Below, piece by piece: positions 1-49,799 of a DNA stretch of 64,000 nt. This DNA comes from Octopus bimaculoides (lineage: Eukaryota). The notes beneath the pieces are model-generated. The model was not told where the DNA came from and ran no database searches. It saw only the letters and a program-made list of their open reading frames with translations. The position numbers were made by a program, and so were the translations under genes. Where the stretch lies: the NCBI RefSeq assembly GCF_001194135.2, contig NC_068987.1:3415712-3479711 (forward strand), written 5' to 3'. Position 1 is the stretch's first letter. Every line of letters starts with the position of its first letter.

Positions 1-944
1 CGGTGTACGTATTCTTTACCTCCGCCGATTCACTTAGGATTCCTAAGGATCAGGTGGTCAGTTTAAACCAGGCGACACATTAAGGCTATCACTACTCGTT
101 TTTAATTCAGGCACTTGTATTTTATCAACCCCGGGAGGGATGATAGGCTAAGTTGACCTCGATAAGATTTGAAATCAGAACGTAAAAAAGCCTGTATAAA
201 CACTGCCGGCCTTTTTTTTTCTTTCTTTTTCTACCGATCCTCTGTCTTTCACTGATCAGAGATCTTGGCTCCACCAGAATTGACCTGGGGTAGAGTTCAT
301 TCATCACATACCGTTTTTGGTGTCATAAAAAACGCTCAGGTATATTAGATGCACCTTAATTTCAGAAGCGCATATTGGTGGTGATGGTGGGGGAGTTTTT
401 AGTGCATTTAAAGAAAATTAACCTATGAGAGGACCAACTTCACATATAGGACCCGTACGATCGTAAACAGCATGTTAACCGTTTTCTTTGTCTGGGAAAT
501 CACACGGTCGTTAATTTTACTAAATTGCTTTAAATTATTCAGCAATCAGTTTTAATTGATTGAAATTGCGAAGTGTTTATATCAGATAGCTTTCTGTTGA
601 ATGAAATTCCACTCCAGCCTGTGTTATCAGTGGAGTTCAGAAATTTCGATCAAATTATTTTATTGAAATTCTCCTTGTTGGTTTTAGATTTTTACCCCCC
701 CCCCTTCCCAGAGGGAGTTTTTAACTCCTATTTACTTGCATAATCTCACGATGTTTAAGTGGACAGACGTTTCTGAGAATTTGATATATTTGGACCACCA
801 CGGGCGGTGATTGTCTTCGTACATGGCTCAACGGGATGCTTTTGCTATGTAAAGGAAGGGGTACATTCACAAATGTGTCCTTTCCTTGGCGGACGTGTCT
901 CTTTCCTAATGTAGAATGGTGGGATCTTGCATCTTTTATTTATT

Positions 945-1345
945 TCAGTCAGTAGACTGCGGCCATGCTGGGGGCACCACCTTAAAAAAGCTTAGTTGAA
1001 TGAATCGGGTCCAGTGCTTTTTTTTTTAATACTAGTACTTATTCTATCAGTCTGTTTTGTCGAACCGCTAAGTTACAGGGACGTAAACACTCCAGCACCG
1101 GTTGTCAAGCCGAGGGTAGGGGAAAACGCAAAGACACTCATATATATATATATACGACCAACAGACTTCTGTCAGTTTCCGTCTACCCAATCCACTGACA
1201 AAGGTTTGGTCGGCCCGTGGTGTGCTGTTTTCAAGGTGAGGTGCGAATCTGCATTAGCCCCGAAGGCACTTGCTCAAGGCTCCACTCAGTGGGACTGAAC
1301 CCGGTACCGTGTGGTTGGGGAGCAAGCTTCTTACTACACAGCGTG
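945..1345 (-). mobile_element. tRNA-derived CORE-type SINE (family A)
   Basis: GGCACCTTGGGCAAGTG CORE-like block, TA tract; many copies in window. Confidence 0.75.
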
Positions 1346-1779
1346 TGAAATGGTTGTAATAGCAGATCGACGGGCTTTTAGAATAGTTATCGCTACTTCG
1401 TGGGGAAGAAAATAACAAAGGATTGGTCAGGTGGGGATAGTTTAATAATTTATCTACTAATACTAAATAGAAATTGGTTGTCGAAAATAAGAAGTTACCA
1501 ATATATCAAGAACTACATTGACTTCTCTATTTGCTTCAAAACGGTAGTCGGTCTATGGCAGGAAGAGCATTTGGTTTCTATGTCTAGCGTGTCGAGCAAC
1601 ACTATACAAGGCATCGTTATTATCAGCGAGACATACCTACGAACTTGCATGTCAACTTCCTTAAATGGGTGAAAATATTGTGAGACAGCGATAGAAACAA
1701 GGCAGTGCAAAATGATATTTTATTGCTCGGCCGCCAAGAATTCAATCCCCCCTCCTCCTCTCCTCTTTCTGTGTGTCTT

Positions 1780-1913
1780 AGTTACCATTTGTCTTGCAGC
1801 AGAGAGATGTCGTGAGAGGTGGCGAGTAATGAGAGAGGCGTTTCGTGAAGAAACAGTGTTGAAGTATCAATTACTTTGCGAAAAACGTGATAGATGGCGG
1901 AGAGAGAGAGAAA
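1780..1913 (+). other. candidate first exon/TSS region of MBTD1-like gene
   Basis: Non-repetitive, CpG-enriched; YY1-like AGATGGCGG at 1893; AAA|gtagga donor at 1914. Confidence 0.35.
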
Positions 1914-1923
1914 GTAGGATTTA

Positions 1924-2845
1924 CCAAAATTTGCGCCAACGAACCGATTATAAAGAAATTTGTGGGGAAAGTTTTTTGTTTTTTTCGAGGGGGATGGGGA
2001 AAGGACTTTCGAAGAGAAAGAAATTCATAAATTATGTTTTTTTTTAGTGTAATGGAAAAAAAGTTTGAAAACATTTTTAGATTCATTTATTTTTCGCTTG
2101 AGTAATAGAAAAAAGGTTTTAAAAAAGATTCCATTTATCATGATGAGAGAAACAAATTCATAAATACAGTGTTGAATAGGATTTCAGCTTTGGGAAAAAN
2201 NNNNNNNNNNNNNNNNNNNNNNNNNNNNNNNNNNNNNNNNNNNNNNNNNNNNNNNNNNNNNNNNNNNNNNNNNNNNNNNNNNNNNNNNNNNNNNNNNNNN
2301 NNNNNNNNNNNNNNNNNNNNNNNNNNNNNNNNNNNNNNNNNNNNNNNNNNNNNNNNNNNNNNNNNNNNNNNNNNNNNNNNNNNNNNNNNNNNNNNNNNNN
2401 NNNNNNNNNNNNNNNNNNNNNNNNNNNNNNNNNNNNNNNNNNACATATGCCGCATTTTTTTCTTAATTTTTTTTCATTACTCAAATGTGTTTATGGGGAG
2501 AATATATTAACCAAACAAGGAAGGTATCAAATGGTCGTTGGATGTGCTAAAAACAACAGCTAAATCGCCCTTAATTTTTTTTTTTCCATAATGAAACCAT
2601 ATTCAACACCCTATTTATGAATTTGTTTCTCTCATCATGATAAATGGGATCTTTTTTAAAACCTTTTTCTATTACTCAAACGAAAAATAAATGAATCCAA
2701 ATTTTTTTGTCAGACTTTTTTCCATTACACTCAAACAAACAAAAAATATGCTTTTCTTTCTCTTCGAAAGACCTCTCCCCACCCACCTCGGAAAAATTTT
2801 TCCCCCACAAATTTCTTGAAAAATCTGTATTTTGGCGCAAATTTT
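1924..2845. mobile_element. fold-back element with ~270-bp inverted arms spanning a gap
   Basis: 1924-2190 is the reverse complement of ~2600-2845. Confidence 0.7.
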
Positions 2846-4004
2846 TCTCCTCATATACTTTTAATTCCCATTTTTTTAAAAACCTATTACACTTGCCTTA
2901 TTTGTTTTGGTGGCCGAGTGTTAAAGTAAACATTAACCGGTACTACTTCTATCGGCCTGTTTGCTGAACCGCCAAGTTATGGAGGCGTAAACACATCAAC
3001 ACCGGTTTCAAGCAGTGGGGGTGGGGGACAGACACATATGTATACATATATTGTATCAGTCATTTGATTGAGGCCATGCTGGGGTACCGCCTCTAAGGGT
3101 TTTAGTCAAACAAATCAACCTCAATACTTACTTTTTATAATTATAGTACTTTTTCTATGGGTCACTTATGCCAAACCGCTAAGTTACAACATCATCATCA
3201 TCATCATTTAACGTCCATTTTCCATTCTGGCATGGGTTGGGCGGTTTGACAGGAGCCGGTAAGCTGGAGAGCTGCACCAGGCTCCAATTGTCTGTTCTGG
3301 TATGGTGGTCTTACAGCTGGGCGCCCTTCCTAACGCCAACCACTTTACAGAGTATACTGGGTGCCTTAAACGTGGCACTGGCACGGGTGCTTTTTACGTG
3401 TGCGTATGTAAACCAGCACCAGTTGTCGAGCAGTGGGGTGAGCACACACACACACACACACACACGTGTGTTTGCTTTTGTGTCGGTTATAAAAATAGTG
3501 GTGAAGGTAAAGAATACACACACCACCCGTTTTCGGCGTCGTCTGCTTCATTTGTGTATGTAAAATCCGTAAATGTCCAAGAAGAAAAAGAGATCGACAT
3601 CGAAAAAGCCGTATTAATTAATAATATTTCGTGTGTTTACAGTTGTCAACACGTGCTGTGACGCGCACGGAAACTAACGAACGAATCTTGACAAGTCTGA
3701 GACTCAAAACGGTTGAAGGCGCCTATTCTTTCACTTGTTTCAGTCATCAAACTGTGGCCAGGCTGGGGCACCACTTTTGAAGATTTGAGTCAAACAAATC
3801 GACCCCAGTTCTCGTTGTTTTTTAAAGCCGGGTTATTATTCTCTTGGTCACTTTCTTTTGCCAAACTGCTAGGTTGCGGGGACATAACCACACCAACATC
3901 AGTTGTGAAGGGGTGGGGAGCAGGGACAGATGCAAAGACGCGTACACAGATATATACATTCGATGGGCTTTTTTCAGTTTCCATTTACCAAATACACTCT
4001 AAAA

Positions 4005-4571
4005 CAGTGGTTCTCAAACTTTTCGAAAAAAATTTACGTGTCCAGTCCCCTTACACTTTTTTGATGATTCATGGTCCCCTATAAAATGCAGGATAATTAA
4101 CAGGGAAAAAATGACACACACTCGTGTGCCGTAATTTCCAGACTATGAACTGGGATAGGAATGGGTGTCTGTTGTAGGGCAAGGTCATGTGGGAACATGC
4201 ACCAGTGAGGATAACGACGGTAAGAGACATGCAAACATGTGGGTTATAATAGTGGAGTGGTGAATCATGTGAGTGCAGAATACCGACAGCACATGCATGA
4301 TCAACCGTTATACCTGCATATTTTCCATCAGCCAAATCATACCTGTTGTACAACAGGTGTGATTAGCAAATGAGCATGCAGGAGAGGCGTAGGGTTTTGA
4401 GGTCAACAACAAAAAAATGATGATAGCATGCAAAATATTGAAAGTCTTGAGATTTTAAAACTTAACTGTCTCGCGCCTCTTGTTTTCACATTTTCAGCGT
4501 CTCTACATGGTCCCCTTAAAATCACTCTGTGGTCCCCTAGGGGACCGCGAACCCCAGTTTGTGAACCACTG
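4005..4571. mobile_element. hAT (Charlie-like) MITE inserted into a SINE
   Basis: TIR CAGTGGTTCTCAAACT / AGTTTGTGAACCACTG; imperfect 8-bp TSD ctctaaaa/ctccaaag; SINE resumes at 4572. Confidence 0.7.
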
Positions 4572-5139
4572 CTCCAAAGGCTTTGGTTGACCTGAGGCTA
4601 CAGTAGAAGACACTTGTCCAATGTGCCATGCAGTAGGACTGAACCCAGAACCGTGTGGTTGGGTTCAGTCACCACACAACCGTTTTACAAGAAGGGATGT
4701 GGCAGTCACTTCAAAATTTCAACCTACTTGGCACACACACAGGCATAACCACAAGTTGGTGAAAATCCCACCCATTTTCACTTGCTCATAACTTTCTGAA
4801 AAGGGCTTATTTTACAATGAAACTTGACAGGGTCACATTTTTGAATGTGTAGATAAAAATTACATGGTTAAAATTATGTTGATTGTATGTCACCTTCATA
4901 GAAGTGGTGTCCAATTTTCTATGCAAAAATGTCTGGCCAGGGAGAAAGGTTACCTTGCTTGGAAGCAGGTAAAACTTGACAGCCAATGTGCACTTGATCA
5001 TAGACAAGCTACCTCTACAAATTCTGTCCGATCCATGCCAGCATGGAAAAACAGGCATCAGAAGATGATGATAAAAATATGTGTTTATAAAATTGAAATG
5101 TGAGTAAAAAAATTGTCTTTTATTTTTTTTCCTTTCCAG

Positions 5140-34854
<29,715 letters not shown>

Positions 34855-37800
34855 CATCCAGTTGTTTTTGAAAATAAGGTCTGAAGACGATCTCTCATTG
34901 CAACTGGATTCTTTGAACTTGCTGAATTGGTTTTTCTTTTTATATCATTCCAGGGCATTGATGGAGAAAGAAGTTTTATGAGCTCAACCCAAGATTAAAT
35001 TGTTAATACAACTAGTATGAAATTCGGATCTTCCAATAACAAGGTTCATGAAATGATTTTACAACTGAAACCACCACAACTCCTCTTTCTCTTCCTCCTC
35101 CTCCTCCTTTCTCTCTTCTCAACACAGCCATCGTTCACAACATTTGAGCAGAACTTGATGTTACATTTACATGTCTTCTTGCAACTCACTCAACTCCAAA
35201 GAACTTCCTTTCAATTACCATATCATTTACTGCCAAATTTTGTGTTTTTTTTTTCTTTATTAAAAAAACTGTTCATTTTTCCACATTCACTATTATTACC
35301 TCAAACAGACACTTAATTACTCTCGTTATCTTTTCTTCTCAACTCTATTTTACAGTAGTTTTTTCCCTAATTAATACATTTATCTATCATTGCTTTTCCG
35401 TCTCTATTTTTTGCTGTACTGTTTTGAAAATAAATCCAGACTTAGTCACATTACATGTATACAAGGCGGCAATTCTTTGTGAACTGGTTTGATGTCTGAT
35501 ATCATAGAAAGATCTTATACAATTTTAAAAATGGTTTGACTGGCCAAATCTCCATGCCACCTTACTTCATTATTGCACTCAGTTAACTGGAAAATTTTTA
35601 ACATTTTCCTTTCATTCCTTCATATTGTATTTCAGTCCAATATTATAATTTCAAAACAATTTCATTAAACTGAAACAGCTTTGTACATAAGTAGCATTAA
35701 GCACGATAAACTGTTATTTATCTCTTACATTTGTATTTATTACTTTTGCTTCTCTCTGTCCTTTTGTTGAGAAATAAGAAAATGATTTCTATTCTTGATA
35801 TTCATTGACCCTTTTGGTACCAATCCACCAGAAACTGTCTTTGGTTCTTTGATACAAATCACATCTTAAAATGATCTCAAAATCTCTCAAGATTTCATTC
35901 TAATTTGTTCCAAACACCAACTTAATAATGGCAAAGTTATTTCACTAAATTCTTCATCATTTCGAAAATTAAGTGAAACAAAACAGACGTGTTTCAACAG
36001 AAATTTGGTAACAAAAGGGTTAAGCAAAAGGCTTTGATTTGTGACAAATTTCAAATGTTTTATTTTATTCAGTTTTGTAATTAAATTGATGGTAATTTGT
36101 TTAATTTAATTAAGAATGAGATGGTTTCTATATATATATATATATATAGATAAAAAAAAAAAAAAAAAAAATTTAAAAAAAATTCACAGGAGAAATATTC
36201 TGGAAATTCCAAAGGAATTTGGAATGAGAAAATAGTTGTCCTGCAAATGGCACCTGTGCTGGTGGCATGTAAAAGCAGCCATTATGTTCTCAGAGTGGTT
36301 GGCGTTAGGAGGAGCATCCAGCTGTTGAAACCATGCCAAAATACTGGAGTCTGCTGCAGCCTTCCAGCTTACTAGTCTTGGTCAAACTGTCTAACCCATG
36401 CCAGCATGGACAACAGATGTGAACTAATGGTGATGATGATGATGATGATGATTTTCAATGAGATTTAAAGTTTAAAAAAGTTTCTTGACTTTAATTGTAT
36501 CTAGCTTAGTGAATGAAATCTTGGCAACCAATCACATCTAAAGTAACAGTGTACCACAGTATTAACCAGACTATTAGATGTTATACATCGCTGGTCACAG
36601 TGCACTTTGCATTGTTTCAACTTTTGAATGCTGCCACTTCGCTAGCTTGGCAAATAAAGCCAACATTCCTCCCTGATCAGAAGACTATTCCATTGTAGAG
36701 TGACCTGTTTACAGCTTAGTGGACTGGAGTAACATGAAATGAAGTGTTTTGCTCAAGAACACAACACACTGCCCAGTCCAGGAATTGAACTTGTGATTTA
36801 GCAGTCATGAGTGCAACACCCTAACCACTTGGCCACGTTAGGTTTTTCAACCTCTCTCCATGTTATTATATTGTATTCTTTGTTTCATTAGTTTAAACCG
36901 TTTTCTGCACCTCCATCATTTAATTAATCATCCAACATAACCAACCACCAAAATACCATGTTCCACTCTTTTGATTTTGCTGTATTTGAGGGATTAATTT
37001 GTCCACAGTTGGTTATTAAGAATGTGGCCCCAACTCTATTCAAATGTTTTATGTAATTAAGAAAGTTGTGAGTTGTATGAAAACTGTATTCAGTTACACA
37101 AAAGCGAAAATATTTATTGCAACCATATTATAGAGAAACAGTTTCTTTCAGGCATTGAAGGTTATAATAATATAAATGCATTAAAATAATGGTCATCATC
37201 TGCATTTCTTTGGGTCAACTGGAATTCATTGTTGCAAATTTTCTACGGCTGGATGCCCTTCCTGTAGCCAATCCTCACCCGTTTCCAAGCGAAGTAATAT
37301 TTCCTCATGGTCAGATATGTTTCCCACAAGAGACTGGAAATGAACGACATCGCTTGTATAACAGTGACACTCATTTACAACTATTACAGGATGTCAAAAG
37401 AAGGAGACACAAAAACATATATATATGCAATGGGTTTCTTTCAGTTTCCATCTACCAAATCCTCCCACAAGGCTTTGGTCAGCTCTGAGCCTTTAGGAGA
37501 CACTTGCCGAGGTGCCACACAGTGGGACTGAACCTGGAACCACATGGTTGAGAAGCAAGCATCGTATCCACACAACCATGCTTGTCTCTACAAACGTATG
37601 TACAAACTTTTCTTTGCTTTCATTTTTGTTGATATTTTGGTTTAATCTCAGGGCAGATATTTCCTCTGTTTCCATAAGAAAGAGAGTCACATCACTTGTA
37701 AGATTACTTCTCTCAAAATGTCCTCATATTTTCTTTTAGAATAAATAAATGAATTTACCCAGTTGAAATATAACCAGACATGTCTTTTCGTTTCCTTTGT

Positions 37801-37989
37801 TACATAACAGAAATATATAGGACTAAAATCTCAGATATTCTGGAATGTCCAGTAAATATATCCCTAAAGTTGGTGCTCAATGGTTTTTGAATGAGAATCA
37901 GGGTAACTCTTTACGAATTTACTATTTTAACCGTTTTTAGACCTGGGTCCCTGTGTCTAACTTTATTCTTCATCTGGGTTCCTAAACAT

Positions 37990-38355
37990 TTGTTTTAGTC
38001 ATTTGACTGCGGCCATACTGGAGCACTACCTTTAGTCAAACAAATCAACCCTGGGAATTATTCTTTGTAAGCTTAGTACTTATTCTATTGGTCTCTTTTG
38101 CCAAACCGATAAATTACTGGGACGTAAACACACCAACATCGGTTGTCAAGCGATGGTGGGGGAACAGACGCACAAACATACACATATATATATATATATA
38201 TACGATGGGCTTCTTTCAGTTTCCATCTACCAAATCCACTCACAAAGCTTTGGTCAACCTGGGATTATAATGGAAGACATTTGCCCAAGGTGCTGCACAC
38301 TGCAACTGAACCCGAGACCACATGTTTAGGAAGCAAGCTTCTTAACCACACAGTC
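37990..38355 (-). mobile_element. SINE family A
   Basis: reverse complement of family A consensus. Confidence 0.78.
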
Positions 38356-38528
38356 ATGTCTGCACTTCATAATATTTTAATTATTTTGCAAAGTTTGGTG
38401 AAAACACTGCAAACACATTTCCATCCTTTGACTTCTTCAACCAAACAGGAATTACACCATGAACTATAAATTGTTACAAACTCACAAAATCATTCAAGTC
38501 GTAAATGTTGTTTCTTACAAAATTATAG

Positions 38529-38557
38529 TTTATTTTTTTTATTGATATATTTTTATT
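38529..38557 (-). terminator. clustered AATAAA polyadenylation signals just 3' of the GTPBP8 stop
   Basis: three TTTATT hexamers on + within ~35 nt of the stop. Confidence 0.45.
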
Positions 38558-38559
38558 AT

Positions 38560-45037
<6,478 letters not shown>

Positions 45038-46254
45038 TTCTTATCCAAGACAGGTATTTCGTCTGTAAAATATAAAAATAAAATAGAATAAAGAAAACAA
45101 TATGAATATATTAATAAAATATACGTGCAAGAGTGGCTTTGTGGTAAGTAGCTTGCTTACCAACCATATGGTTCCAGGTTCAGTCTCACTGCATGACACC
45201 TTAGGCAAGTGTCTTCTACTATAGCTTCGGGCTGACCAAAGCCTTGTGAGTGGATTTGATAGACGGAAGCTGAAAGAAACCCGTCGAAGCTTTTCATTCT
45301 CTTCGTGAGCGTTCAGACCAGAAGTAGGGATCTCCCAGTTCCAGGAGTCTTATTACTCCCAGTCCCGAGTGTCGCTTTGTTCTTGCGTATTCATGCTGCA
45401 AGCCGTGTACAAGGTTCTTATCTCTTTTGTTTTGTCAGGTCACCAACGAGAGCAGCTGGTAATATGTAATCGAGTTGAAGCTGTTATACGGGTGGGTGGC
45501 ACCCCACACAGGTTAACCTCCTGAAGAGGCTGGTACTAGAAACCCAGTTGGAAACAATTGATAAATACGAAAGCCTTTTTAATCCAACTGTAACTTAAGT
45601 TCGTCGTTGTTTGCTTACCCGGTCAACTATGATCGAAACGATCTTGATCAAGGTCAGTCATGCTATACCAACCGTGGCCATCCCATCTTTTAATAGCATC
45701 TAGAAAGATTTCGTGTGTAACTTCAATTATTTTAAAACGACGTCAGGGTGTAATTTGAGGGTGATTTGTTTACTATTTTTAACAAGTTCAGTGATAGCGA
45801 AACTTCGATCGTTGCTTCGTCATTTTAATATTAGAATAATGAACGCCACAGCACGATAAATACAGGTACAAGATTGACAGTGATGGTCTGGAATCTCGTA
45901 TAAACTGCACTTATTTACCAGCAGCAACTTCAAATTCCATCGGCCACCAGACAAATTTACTGGTACCTCGTACGCTACAAGTTAATACACTTGTATCATT
46001 TACTCCAACGTACAGGTACCTGTATTTCTTTTAGTTACTCAAATAGATTTAATATTAGTTTAATTTTGCGTATGTTGACCAATGTGACCACCTCTGGTAC
46101 GGTACAATCCGTAATTCGAAATATCTTTGGAACCCAAGGTTACGGAAAATCGATTTAATCTATAATGGTAAATAGAACACTTCTTGTAGTTTATTATATA
46201 GCATAGTGCTATATTTAGATATTCCAAACAATCTAGTAAAAACAAATTACTTAC

Positions 46255-46335
46255 AAAGTTATTCAAATAAAGCTCTCCTCGACCTGACAAGGTGCGACAA
46301 CAAACATTCGGTGTAAACGGAATTCGACCCACAAA
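46255..46335 (-). other. candidate non-coding first exon of GTPBP8
   Basis: CpG-richer unique sequence ending in TTT|gtaagt (acttac at 46249-54); the downstream exon begins 25 nt before its ATG, so an upstream UTR exon is expected. Confidence 0.35.
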
Positions 46336-47039
46336 AGACGAAGATTTATGGTAAAATGCTAGTTATCTCCCTTCGTATATATATTGCGGAGGGCCTTCCA
46401 TTCAGTGACTCTCACGCCTGACAGCTTCATAGATCCACAATGCAAGTTTTTTTTTCTGTGATCTTTGTGGCCGAGTGTTAAACATACACCACAGTTCAGG
46501 GAAAGAGGATCAACCGAAGGTTCCGAGTTCAATCCACACCGAGGACAGCATTTCAAAAGTAACTAGAGGAACCTTAAAAGCAGTGCCGTCTTGTCGGAAG
46601 TCTTGGACACAATATGTAGTTACCTGAGGCCTCATAGGTTTAGGGGGCCTATCATTGATCTATGTATGTGGTGACTTATTGCTAACAAAAAAAAAATAGT
46701 AAAGATCAAGTGCATTGACTTGCCCCGTGGCCTATAACTTGTTAAGATGGTACTGCCTAGGTGTCATGTCGTAGGTGGGTCAGGCTACCCTTAGAGTGTC
46801 GGGAACTAGCAGAACAAAACACTTGCTTCCTGGAAGTTCTTGCTCCGAAGATTTCTGCTGCGGTTCGCTCACACCGTAGCGAATTTCCACTTAGATATAA
46901 AACTTGCTAACGATGGAGTCTCATCGACTTGCTAAAAATAACAATTAAACCTCTCTCAATTACACACCAGTTTTTGTTTTATTATTGTTGTTGTTGTTTT
47001 AAAGGACACGTTGACTAATACACAGATTTTATCTTTTAT

Positions 47040-47435
47040 TTGTTTCAGTCACTGGTTTGCGGCCATGCTGGGGCACCACCTTCAAGGGGTTTTAGTAGAA
47101 CAAATTGACCCCAGTTCTTATCGTTTTGGTCTTCTTGTTGAACTGCTAAGTACGATGGCGTAAACAAACCAACATCGATTGTAAAGTGGTGGTGGTGAAA
47201 ACGCAATTACACACACTAATATATACATACACACACATACATACATATGCACCCGCGCGCGCTCATACGCATACACATATACAACGGGCTTCAACACAGT
47301 TTCCGTATACCAAATCCACTTACAAGGCATTGATCGGCCCGGGGCTATACTAGAAGACATTTGCCCAAGGTGTAACGTAGTGGGACTGAACCCGAAACTG
47401 CGTGGCTGCAAAGCGAACTTCTTAACCTCACAGCC
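47040..47435 (-). mobile_element. SINE family A
   Basis: near full-length reverse copy. Confidence 0.78.
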
Positions 47436-48186
47436 ATACTGGAAAAAAAAATGAAAAGAAAAATGGGCCGACCTGTGGGTAAACGACAGCAGCGACATGC
47501 GGAGGAATTTGATATTTGAACATAAAGAGGGGAAAGAAATGCCTCTAAAATATATAAATAATCACTAAGTAACAGTAGAAGACTGTATATTCTTAGAATA
47601 TTTTAATTAACAGGAAGGCGCCTGCTGAGTTTTGAACCATCACTCTCAGTTCTTCCCAGATCAAGACCACGGCTTATCATATCGCCATAAACAAACATTA
47701 ATGCCTTCGCATAATTGGCTTGACTAATCATCATGGATGACATGTTATGGTCGATGCGACGAACTTCAAAGGAAGTGTGCACGTTTTCCCTCGAGCGAAC
47801 TATTTAGCTCGATCGAAGGTTATGGAAAATTTGGCTTACACTTATAAAAAGTTGACAAATTCATCTCCAGATTCGAGCCACTCAGCCGTCCAGACATTAC
47901 TATATCACTTTGCAAAGTGAGTCGGTTTCTCACTCTCTTTGACTTTTGTTTATTTAAGATGCCTAAGTCGTATTCAACAAAAAGCACTGACCTTTAATTG
48001 TAGTCTCGAATAACATATATTGGTTACATGCAGTAGCTCTAGCTTTTTTCGACTTATCGCATTTTCAGTAGCATTAAACTACTTTCCTATTAGTTAGCTT
48101 GTGGAATACAGAAGATTCCTTACTAACTATTATGTTCCTTGTTTCATGAACGTTGTTCCACTAAATCAAAGATATATATGTACACA

Positions 48187-48622
48187 TGTAAAGAATAAAG
48201 TGTTTTGAATGGCACAACAATGGACTATAATAACTGTTGTAATTTAATCATCCATAGCCTGATATAATACTTCGGAATATAAAAATTCCTTCTTCAGATA
48301 TCCCTAGGAATTGATTGAGTCACTGCTATAATCGATTTTCTAACGTTTTAAAAATTTTTATTTATTTTTTTTCCTCGGAAGCGTCTCTGCACTGGTTTCA
48401 CGAAGCTCCTTCTGGAATTCCTCGTGAGAAGTGCATGAGGGTGACCACATCTCAAGCACGTGTGTGCTGGCACATCCGTAACACTGCTTCTTTTTTTTTT
48501 TTTTTTTTTATATTTCGAAATATTATATCAGACTATGGATGATTAAATTACAACAGTTATTATAGTCCATTGTTGTTCTCATAGCGCATTGTTGTGCCAT
48601 TCAAAACACTTTATTTTTTACA
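48187..48622. mobile_element. fold-back/MITE with ~100-bp inverted arms
   Basis: 48187-48285 vs 48505-48622 (19-nt insertion in right arm). Confidence 0.7.
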
Positions 48623-49799
48623 AACAATACACAATGCTTCAAGCGAACTACAATACTCTCGTACATATGTAAATATAAACGATATGGGTTAACAAAATAT
48701 ATATATAAAAGCTCAAATTAATACCAGTGTGGTCATTCTTGTCTCCTTACGCAGCCTATTTAATATTGTGAACAACCAACGGAGAATTTATGACTAAACA
48801 CAGCCTTAAAGCACTTTACAAGGCTTGAAAACCTAACAAGGGCGTGTTATGTTGGGACAACGTCATTGCTTTTGTTAAAATTCTCGACGGTGAGAGAATA
48901 TCGTTGTCTGATGTGAAAAAGCAGCTGGTTTCCAGTGGATCTGGATTTATGGAGAGTAGATGGAGAGCAAGGTGATGTATAGGAAGACAAGGACACTATT
49001 GATAATAAGGAGGGATTATTTATGACTGCCTCCATCATGTTTTAGATGTTGGGATGTGAACGTGCTGGGTCTGCCGTTCATAAGATCAAGGATGACAGCA
49101 TTTAGGTTAATGACGTAAGCATTTAGAGTTTGATTTGTTGCTGTTGTAGAACAAGGAGGTAAATGAGGACGAGAATAGCTCCGATATTTATTTTGTTTAC
49201 AACGGTCCCATAGAGATTGTGTAAAGAATACAATCAAAAACTTCTGTGCTAAACGCAAGCTTACAATGTGTCGTTGTAATTATGTATGTGAAAACGTTTG
49301 GTTGAAATGTGTGTGCGTGTGTGTGTAAGCAAGTTTTGCTTTGCTGATAGCGATTTCTTGACAAAAGGCAAACTAAAGTGGGTGAGCTGGAGTTGGCGAT
49401 GGTGTTTGCTGTAGTTGACTGGTTGTGGTGGCCACAGTCAAGTGTCACCACCACAAATGTGTTTCTCTTTCGAATGTTAAGCACGAACTGACTAAACAAC
49501 ATCTATTTAACAAACAGTCATTACAAAGATGAGTCATGAACAGAAGATCAACAGGGGTCAAGCTGACGCAATTGGGGGATTAAAACTAAATTACTAAACT
49601 TGACTGTCATTAAGCTTAAACTTAAAGTAACAACAAACACAAACCGGCAGAAGTGCCAAGAGTTCGGGTTTCGAATATTCACTAGACTTCTTATTTTGGG
49701 CGATAGGACACACTATCGATTGTTTCCATAAACTGGGATAGATATCGCGTGTGTACACTAAGTTGGTTTATGCTTTGCTACATTTAGACAAAGTGCGAT

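Noticed and set aside
738-906. 56-codon open frame on - between a TAG acceptor and a GTAAAT donor as exon 2 of a divergent gene
   Set aside because: Its phase does not match the candidate first exon, the acceptor is weak, and the peptide is unrecognisable.
35017-35316. 99-aa hydrophobic ORF after MBTD1
   Set aside because: CT-rich low-complexity sequence in the probable 3' UTR; no homology recognised.
45516-45565. Third hammerhead (CUGAAGA GGCUGG...CCAGUU G GAAAC)
   Set aside because: Helix II is plausible but there is no GUH cleavage triplet and no helix I partner; at most a relic.
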